A stretch of 64,000 nt of DNA, taken from Octopus vulgaris (taxonomy: Eukaryota). This document shows, piece by piece, positions 55,382 to 64,000 of the stretch. Location of the stretch: NCBI GenBank assembly GCA_951406725.2, contig OX597828.1, forward strand, positions 42,656,001-42,720,000, in the 5' to 3' direction. Position numbers and translations under genes: made by a program. Within the stretch, counting starts at the first letter, position 1. Each line of letters starts with the position of its first letter. The notes under the pieces are model-generated. The model saw only the letters and a program-made list of their open reading frames with translations, was not told the DNA's origin and did no database searches.

Positions 55382-55844
55382 AATAACTAGTGCTCATATG
55401 GGTTTGTGCAGGTTAAGAACTTTATCGTTATGTAACGATATAGCTTCGGGTCCATTTCTACTACAAGATACCTTGGGTAAGTATCATCTGTTACAGTTCT
55501 GGCGTCGAGCAAAGCTGTGTGAGCAGATGTCGTTGACGGGAACTAAAAGAAGTGTGTGTGTGTATAAGTCTTACACCAGTTTCAGCTCGTGAGCTGCAGC
55601 CATCTGGATCCGCACTTCTGGCTTCACTATTTGAAACCTCCTCTCATTCGTGGCATATAGTGTACGTACTCACTCGCTCCCATTCACATATCCACACTTA
55701 AACACTCACACACTCGCGCACCTCCTCTTGTTGGGATCACCATGAATTATCTCCCCTTTATTCAACCTCTTTTCTTTCCAATCATTCACCATGTTGGACC
55801 ACTGAACTCAACATGTTTCTTTTTATTTTTTCTGTATCTATTTC

Positions 55845-55965
55845 CTCTCATTCCTTTCCGTCGAAGTGCGTAGGCTCGAAACGTAAAAGACTTTTCCGTT
55901 TTTCCCCGAGCGTCAAACTAATACACTTGCTTGTTGTTCCTACACCTGTCTTCGTTTTTCTATAT
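55845..55965 (+). mobile_element. Family H1 copy (decayed, CCGUCGA)
   Basis: CTTTCCGTCGAAGTGCGTAGGCTCGAAACGTAAAAGAC. Confidence 0.55.
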
Positions 55966-56547
55966 ATTTGAACTATATATATGTGTGTATGTGTGTATGT
56001 GTGTGTGTGTTTGTGTGTGCATGCATCCATGCATGTATGTGTGTATGTATGTATGTATGTATGTATGTATGTATGTATGTATATATGTATGTATGTATGT
56101 ATGTGTGTATGTATGTATGCATGTATGTATGTATGTGTGTTTATATGTGTGTGTATTTGTGTCTCTGTTTTATATGCGTGTAGTATATATATATATATAT
56201 ATATATGTGCGCGTGTGTGTGTGTGTATGCATATACAGCACTCTCACGCTTATATACGCCAATGTAGGGTAGAGTGAAAGAAGCATAAGTCACATAATTT
56301 TCGAATAATGAGTGGCACCAATTATTGGTATGCGGAATATATTTAATGATACGCACAAAATTAAAGTGGCTACTTTTGAAATGATCGAAGAAAGTGGGTA
56401 ATTGCGTAATCACACATTACATAATCGCATGAAACGTGCGTACCATTAAACGTATCCAAAATACAAATAGTTATTATCTGTCCTTATTGAAATATTATGG
56501 AGTTCCCATTTATGACAATCTAGCAGCCAATGTTTGCATGATAATAT

Positions 56548-57144
56548 TAGAAAAGCACTCGGAGAGCGCAAACCTCCGCCCGCTCATTTCCACCCATATA
56601 CACGCATGCTGAAAATTGCCCAAATTCCTAAACCAACGCCGGCAAAAATATAACCTCCTTGGCAGGGGTTTAAAAAAATAATACAGCCATATGATTTTTA
56701 AAAAGACTTTTAAAAACAGGTATCATCCCAATAGTCAAGGCTTGTCATGTCATCCTCCGCAGACCTGCGCCAAGCAACTCATTTTAAGATAGATACTTGA
56801 GTAAAATTACCAATAGAGAAAATGAAAATAAATTTTGGAAGCAGTAACGCCACCATATGTTATGTGGAAACGATGAACGCGTTTTCAAGGGAGATAATCA
56901 AAGAATGTAACATTGTAATACTTCATGTAATGTAAATATAACAAATGAAAAATCCTTCCAGAATCCATAAAAATTTCCGGAGCACTACCAAAGTTTCATC
57001 ATCTGTTCCTTGTGTCATTACCAACTTTTCCTGCAAGTTTCATTAAATACCGTTCACAATTTTTTGAGTTATTTTGCACACAGACCGACAGACGGACACA
57101 CCAACGCCGATGGAAACATAACCTCCTTCCTTGGCGGAGGTAAT
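56548..57144. mobile_element. Helentron/DINE-like non-autonomous element
   Basis: Subterminal inverted motif ACCTCCGCC / GGCGGAGGT, terminal stem-loop ACCTCC..GGAGGT, and a CAGA-type microsatellite near the end. Confidence 0.55.
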
Positions 57145-57254
57145 AATTACATCGTAATACGGTTATAGGAGTGGAGTGTCGATCTAAACATTGAGACTGA
57201 AGTATGTAGGAACGCGTATTGCATTAAATCAAACTGCTGCTACTGCTGCTGGTG

Positions 57255-57336
<82 letters not shown>

Positions 57337-57495
57337 CGCTCACACACACACCATACATATTTTTACACACAACAAGCACGATTCTAGGTTCAGTCTCACT
57401 ACGTGGCACCTTTGGCAAGTTTCCTCTACTATAGCCTCGGGTCAACCAAGGCTTTGCGAGCGGATTTGGAAGGCGGAACCTGAAAGAACCGGTTG

Positions 57496-57576
<81 letters not shown>

Positions 57577-57650
57577 GTGTGTGCGTGTGTGTGTGCGTGT
57601 GTGCGCGCGTGTGTGTGTGTGTGTGTGTGTGTTACCATAATATCAACGCC

Positions 57651-58195
57651 CAGCTTTACGTTAGTTAAAATATGTTTGTAAAATATTTCATCTTCTAGAA
57701 GGCGAGTTCCCTGTAGTTACCATAGAGAAAAATTCTGTCTTAAACTAAATGGGTGTAAAACACAATATCCACCCTGAGTCGCTACCTATCGGATTCCCAG
57801 GCACCAATGTTTCTAGTACTGTAGGTGTTATCAATGAGAAATACTTAAGAGAGATAACTCTGGACAAACCTTATTAAAGCTATAGCTTTAACTAAAATCA
57901 ACAATGTCTACTGATTTGCGCCAGTAACATTACTGTAACATTAACGCCAAGCAGTGTTTAGGCATAAGTAAAGTTTAGGTTAGTTAAATTATGTTCGTGA
58001 CGTATTTTAACTGCTAAAGGGCGAATTCACTACTGGTACCGTGGAGAAAAAGCTAGAAACATCGATGTCTGGAAATCAGATAGGTGGCGACTTTGCACCT
58101 TGAAGAGAAAACTTTTCTCAACGTGACCTGCAGAGAATTTGTATTTTAGCTGTTCACATATGCCACAAGCATATTTTAACTAACTTAAATTCTGC
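57651..58195. mobile_element. Old fold-back MITE
   Basis: Diverged inverted blocks (GTTAGTTAAAATATG / CATATTTTAACTAAC; GTCGCTACCTATC..TGTTTCTAG / CTAGAAACA..GATAGGTGGCGAC). Confidence 0.55.
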
Positions 58196-58197
58196 TG

Positions 58198-58267
<70 letters not shown>

Positions 58268-58476
58268 TTTTTTTCTTTTACTTGTTTCAGTCTTCTGGCT
58301 GCGGCCATGCTGGAACACCGCCTTGAAGGGTTTTAGTTGAATGAATCGACCCCAGGACTTTTTTTGTAAAGCCTAGTACTTATTTTATCGGTCGTTTTTG
58401 CCGAACCGCTAGGTTACGGAGATATAAACACACCAACACCGGTTGTTAAGCGGTGATGGGGGATTAAACACAAACG

Positions 58477-58539
<63 letters not shown>

Positions 58540-58660
58540 CGACGGGCTTCTTTCAGTCCTTGTCTACCAAATCAATTCAAAAGGCTTTGGTCGGCCCAAG
58601 GTTATAGAAGACACTCGCCTAAGGTGTCACGTAGTGGGACTGAACCCGGAACCATGTGGT
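58268..58660 (-). mobile_element. SINE family A copy
   Basis: Reverse complement of family A, with internal (CA)n. Confidence 0.8.
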
Positions 58661-59056
58661 CGGAATGTAAACTTACCCCAGAACTTAGGAGAAGAATCTG
58701 TTCATTACATTGACCTCAGTATTTGACTATTACTTCATTTTATCGACTCTGGGATAATAAATAGGGAAAGTTTACCCCAACGGGATTTGAACTCGGAACA
58801 TAAAAGAACGAAAAAAATTGAAGAAAGAAGCAAAGAAAGAAATATAAAACAACATGTAAAATATACAAACAATAAATAACTAAATCAAAGCCCCACATGA
58901 AGCTAACGGCCCTTTAAAAACATTTCACCAACCTTAACACTGCTTTTTAAATAAATCCTTTTGCAGTTATCCATTCCTGTAGCTTCCTGACCTCAAAACA
59001 GGTCAGTGTATGTAATTTAAATTATTTTCCAATGATAACGATGATGATGATGATGG

Positions 59057-59091
<35 letters not shown>

Positions 59092-59341
59092 GTGATGATA
59101 ACAACAACAACAACATCAAGAACAGTCACACGCATCTTTGAAGATATATATATTCTCCGTTTTCTCTACATCTTTTCTTTCTCCTCTCTTACTGCAGCTT
59201 CCTCCTCTTTAGCAATCTTTCCTAGTCATCCCGCCCCACCCGTCTCTCTCTTATTTTTATCCCCTCACCACCCGGTTTTTTCTTATTCTTCCTTAACCGT
59301 CTCCTCCTCATCATACCCAGCTTCTTATCCATCATCCCGTT

Positions 59342-59374
<33 letters not shown>

Positions 59375-59397
59375 CTTCTTCTTCTTCTTCTTCTTCT

Positions 59398-59431
<34 letters not shown>

Positions 59432-60516
59432 TTTCTTTCTTTCATTTTTTTTTCTTCTCCTCTCCTTCGGCCCATAACCGCTTCTTTCACCCCACCTCAT
59501 TTTTTAAGTTTTGCAGAAACTGATGGATTTTTCAGAGATATTCACTTGGAAAACAAAAAATATTCTATAAAAGAAAAACATTAAATAAAAATAAAAAAAT
59601 GAAAAAATAAAAGGATTGAAGCAAAGAAAAAAACAAAAACAAAATGATATTTTCTTTCTTTTCTTTTATATCTTTTTTTGCTTACTTTTTGTTCTTGTGA
59701 TCTTATTTTTTCCCCTCCTTCTTTCGACCCCTACAACTCAGGTCCTCACCTCACTACCCATGTATCTTTTTCTTTGCTCTGTATCCGAACTACAATGGCT
59801 GTGTACATATATATTATCAACCTTTGCGCTCAGGGGTGTCGTTGTTGTTTTGCATTTATACAGTTTGTTTTTATTTTCTTTATTCCCCCTCCTCCTCCGC
59901 CGCCGCTCTCTGTCCTCTCGGATTTCTTTTCCTTTCTTATTTTTGTTTTGTTCTCTCCTTTTAATATTCCTACCTCGTCAAAGACATTAGTTACAGCATC
60001 TTCTTCTGGGTCTTTGCGCACAAACTATTCCCTTACATCTTTCCCACCCATTCACGAATACAAGGTGAGGTACTTAACCAACTTTTAAATATATAAAACC
60101 TGTTAAGTAACTTTTTAATCCGACTAAGCTGAACCCGATGAAGAAATGGTCGAACGCACCGGTGCGAGTCGTAGAATCTATATAGACCACCAGTGGTCCT
60201 TACCAAATTTGTATGGTCCACAGAAAGTTGAGACTAAAATCCAAAATCTAAACATTACATTATCTCTTATGATAAAAGGCAGATTTTATGTGCCTCCCAA
60301 AGCGTTTGTTTTTTTTATACAATTCTACAATATAGAATTTCTTCAATTGGAATTTACCTATCATTTTTACATGTAGATTCCATCGGGTCGTGGCCTGCTA
60401 GTTTATTTATATACGTATAAGTTTTCCTCTATCATTGCTGAGGCCATTATTTGCATGCCGCCAGGTTGGCATCAACACTTCTCTGGCAGTGCTTCGTATA
60501 GAAACAGTGGTGCAGA

Positions 60517-60930
60517 AGGCGGCGAGCTGGCAGAAACGTTAGCACGCCGGGCGAAATGCTTAGTGATATTTCGTCTGTCGCTGAGTTCAAATTCCGCCGA
60601 GGTCGACTTTGCCTTTCATCTTTTCGGGGTCGGTAAATTAAGTACCAGTTGCGCACTTGGGTCGATGTAATCGACTTAATCCCTTTGTCTGTCCTTGTTT
60701 GTCCTCTCTGTGTTTAGCCCCTTGTGGGTAGTAAAGAAATAGGTATTTCGTCTGCCGCTATGTTCTGAGTTCAAATTCCGCCGAGGTCGACTTTGTCTTT
60801 CATCTTTTCGGGGTCGATAAATTAAGTACCAGTTGCGCACTGGGGTTGATGTAATCGACTTAATCCCCTTGTCTGTCCTAGTTTGTCCCCTCTATGTTTA
60901 GCCCCTTGTGGGCAATAAAGAAATAAGAAA
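60517..60930 (+). mobile_element. SINE family B with tandemly duplicated body
   Basis: Head at 60517. The body repeats at ~60568 and ~60745. Confidence 0.8.
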
Positions 60931-61052
60931 CATTAGTGCAGAAAGCAATTGAGCTTCTCTCAAATGGCAAGGAACAAGGCTCCGACTCCATCACAGCTGA
61001 AATAGACACAAACACACACTCGCACACGCAAGTACACACACATATATATGTA

Positions 61053-61262
61053 GGAGGGGTTGCTGAAAAGTTCCTAGCTTTAAGGGTGTCGCGAAAGCAG
61101 GCCTGACTGGAGCCCCAACCTTTTGAGTTCTTTAAAAAAAAACTGAAGGAGCACTGCAGTAAGTGTGAGAATCTGAGTGTGGGATATGTTGAATAAAATC
61201 ATAATTAACCGTTCTCCTATATTTTTTTTTACCTATAGCCAAGAACTTTTCGACACCCCCGC
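61053..61262. mobile_element. Small Tc1/mariner-type MITE
   Basis: TIRs GAGGGGTTGCTGAAAAGTTCCTAGCT / AGCCAAGAACTTTTCGACACCCCC, near TA. Confidence 0.6.
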
Positions 61263-61366
61263 TATATATGCACCCCCCCACACACACATGATGCATATGT
61301 TAAATAAAATGAGACAACAAAGCCAAGGCTGTGTGGAATTTTCAGGACATTTATAAAGAGAAAGTT

Positions 61367-61416
61367 AGTTCTACAGTTGTTTCTGGGATATTAGGGATAT
61401 TCCTTCATCAGAGACG
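61367..61416 (-). ncRNA. Partly decayed type I hammerhead motif at the 3' end of a CT-rich Penelope-like fragment
   Basis: Minus CTGATGA-A-GGAATAT(CCCTA)ATATCCC-A-GAAA-CAACTG-TA. Stem I is weak. Confidence 0.5.
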
Positions 61417-62319
61417 ATGTTAGATGTTTAAATAGAGGGAAATATTAGAGTTCAATATAAGGAGTTATTTGGAAAAGGGAAGAAATAAGGAGTATATAGG
61501 GAAATAAGAGAATGAATGTGGAAATAAAAATAAAAATATGAACATATAAAGATGTTATAGTTGCAGTACCGTTATCCAAGGAAAGTGGTGTGTAGAAGTG
61601 GTAGAAATGCTTCTTGTCCGTAATATGTAAATTCCAAAAGGAGTTCATATTTTGTTATTACAAATGGAAAATGTGGAGACGTAGATTCTATGTGCTGTTC
61701 ATTCAAGGGTTATTGTGGTGCGAATGCAAATTTGAGAATGTAGTAGTAGTATTAAGTGGATAGAAAAGTGAGAAGAGATGTGTATGATAAAATGAGGAGA
61801 GGTCAAAAGAAAAGGCGATATAAGAAGGAAAGAGGAAAAGAAAATGAAATCAAGAAGAGAAAAAGTGGATAAAATCAGAATCACAGCATATATATATGTG
61901 TGTGTGTGTGTGTGTGTAAGACGAACTTCTTCCAGTTTCCGTCTACAAATCCACTCTCAAGGCTTTGGTCAGCTGGAGACAAACTTCTTACCACGCAGTC
62001 ACGACTGCTTGTATGGTTCATGAATTTTTCAGAAGAATTTGTAGGCCTCTTCCTGAAAAAAGTTTGAGCAACACTGATGAGGAGACGCATTTTAGTCTAC
62101 TACTGACTCACACCTTGGGTCCAGACAAAACTCCACTTAGACAAAAAACCCTCGGACAAAAATCCCCTAAGTTAAAGTGCGAAATAAAACAAAAGCCCTT
62201 CAGTTATATATATTTCTGTTTTCGAACTTTAATACCATTTAATATCAATAAAATTCGAAGGGAAAATATAATTTTAGATAATTCATTACTGAAATAATCA
62301 TGAAAAATATTCATTTTTA

Positions 62320-62910
62320 CTTTAGGCACAAGGGCCGAAATTTTGGGGGAGGTGGCCAGTCGACTACATCGACCCCAGCACGTAACTGGTACTTAATTTA
62401 TCGAGCCCGAAAGGATGAAAGGCAAAGTCAACCCCGGCGGAATTTGAAATCAGACAGATGAAATACCGCTAAGTATTTCGCGAGTCGCGTGCCTTAATCA
62501 TAAAAAATATTCTTTTCTACTCTAGGCACAAAGTCTGAAATTTTTGGGGAGGTGGCCAGTCGATTAGATCGACCCCAGCACGCAACTAGTACTTAATTTA
62601 TCGACCCCAAAAGGATGAAAAGCAAAGTCAACCTCGGCGGAATTTGAACTTAGTGCGTAAAGACAGACGAAATACCTATTCTTTATTACCCACAAGGCGC
62701 TAAACATAGAGGGGACAAACAAAGAAAGACAGGTATTAAGTCGATTACATCGACCCCAGTGCGTAACTGGTACTTAATTTATCGACCCCGAAAGGATGAA
62801 AGGCAAAGTCGACTTCGGCGGAATTTGAACTCACAACGTAACGACAGACGAAATACAGCTACACATTTCGCCCGGCGTGCTAACGTTTCTGCCAGCTCGC
62901 CGCCTTAATC
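62320..62910 (-). mobile_element. SINE family B multimer
   Basis: Three repeated bodies ending in GCCAGCTCGCCGCCTT. Confidence 0.8.
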
Positions 62911-63313
62911 ATGAAAAATATTACAATCATACTTTGTGTTGGTTCACTTTACATGATTATTATTTTATATACCTGGGCACCATAATTTCCAAAGCAGATT
63001 ATACCCGGAGCAGGTCAGTGTTTTTCTTTATCCTTACCTGTCGGCATTCTTTAATTAGCGGCCTGTTTGCATTATTGGCCTTCTGTTGCAACTGCTTGTT
63101 CTTTTTAGGAAGATCGCTTCCTACCTACACATGGGGAATTACGGTACCCAGGTTGACAAAACACTGACCGCGTGCAGAGAACCAACGCAAAGAAAGATTA
63201 TAACGCGTTTCATTCTTTTTCTTCTGTCATTAAACTGCGGCCATGCTGGGGCACAGTTCATGAATTTTTAATCGAATGATTAAACTTGTTTTTTTAAAGC
63301 TTGGTACTTTATT

Positions 63314-64000
63314 ACTGTGACTTTTTCCTAGCCAAAATTGTGACTTTATTAGTGTGATTTATTTTCCGGTGACATTTTTCCTAGCCAAAATTGTGAGTTT
63401 ATTAGTGTGACATTTTTCCTAGACAAATTGTGACTTATTTTCTTGCGACTTTTTCCTAGCCAAATTGTGACTTTTTCCTAGCAAAAATTGTGACTTTATA
63501 ACTGTGACTTATTTTCCGGTGACATTTTTCCTAGCCAAAATTGTGATTTTATTAGTGTGACATTTTTCCTAGCCAAATTGTGACTTATTTTCTTGCGAAT
63601 TTTTTCCTAGCCAAATTGTGACTTTTTCCTAGCCAAAATTGTGACTTTATTAGTGTGACATTTTTCCTAGCCAAATTGTGACTTATTTTCTTGTGACTTT
63701 TCCTAGCCAAAATTGTGAGTTTATTAGTGTAACATTTTTCCTAGCCAAATTGTGACTTATTTTCTTGCGACTTTTTTCCTAGCCAAATTGTGACTTTTTC
63801 CTAGTCAAAATTGTGACTTTATAACTGACTTATTTTCCGGTGACATTTTTCCTAGCCAAAATTGTGAGTTTATTAGTGTGACAATTTTCCTAGCCAAATT
63901 GTGACTTATTTTCTTGCGACTTTTTCCTAGCCAAATTGTGACTTATTTTCTTGTGACTTTTTCCAGCCAAAATTGTGACTTTATTAGTGTGACATTTTTC
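63314..64000. repeat. Satellite of GTGAC(T/A)TTTT-based subunits with higher-order structure (runs off the window)
   Basis: TTTTCCTAGCCAAA(A)TTGTGAC subunits. The marker ATTTTCCGGTGAC recurs at 63361, 63511 and 63832. Confidence 0.9.

Overview
Repeat-saturated eukaryotic intronic or intergenic DNA, most likely from an octopus or other coleoid cephalopod (inferred from the tRNA-derived SINE families and the extreme microsatellite load). I can support no intact protein-coding gene. Almost every ORF in the track is translated microsatellite. Recognisable coding remnants are all from transposons: a Penelope-like RT-end/GIY-YIG pseudogene (38376-39121), two mariner transposase fragments inside fold-back elements, and a CR1-type LINE ORF2 C-terminus. 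The window also holds more than 30 SINE copies or fragments, hAT/mariner MITEs, a non-autonomous Helitron, a 100-N gap flanked by a probable allelic overlap, a ~1.15-kb (GAA)n tract and a terminal satellite. The most notable signal is RNA-structural: about 20 hammerhead-ribozyme (HHR) motifs lie in non-coding Penelope-like/retrozyme-like elements, most of them inserted in (TA)n. Three sequence-distinct families carry an HHR whose three core strands are in a non-circularly permuted order (UH strand, then GAAA strand, then CUGANGA strand), with covarying, in-register stems I and III. Two of these sit in ~840-bp terminally redundant or tandem units. In the 3-unit array the only point substitutions I found between units are A/G changes, and these destroy the ribozyme core (ADAR-like signature). 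A separate 8-copy family has a variant CUGUNGA core. All ribozyme calls are manual base-pairing inferences and have not been tested.
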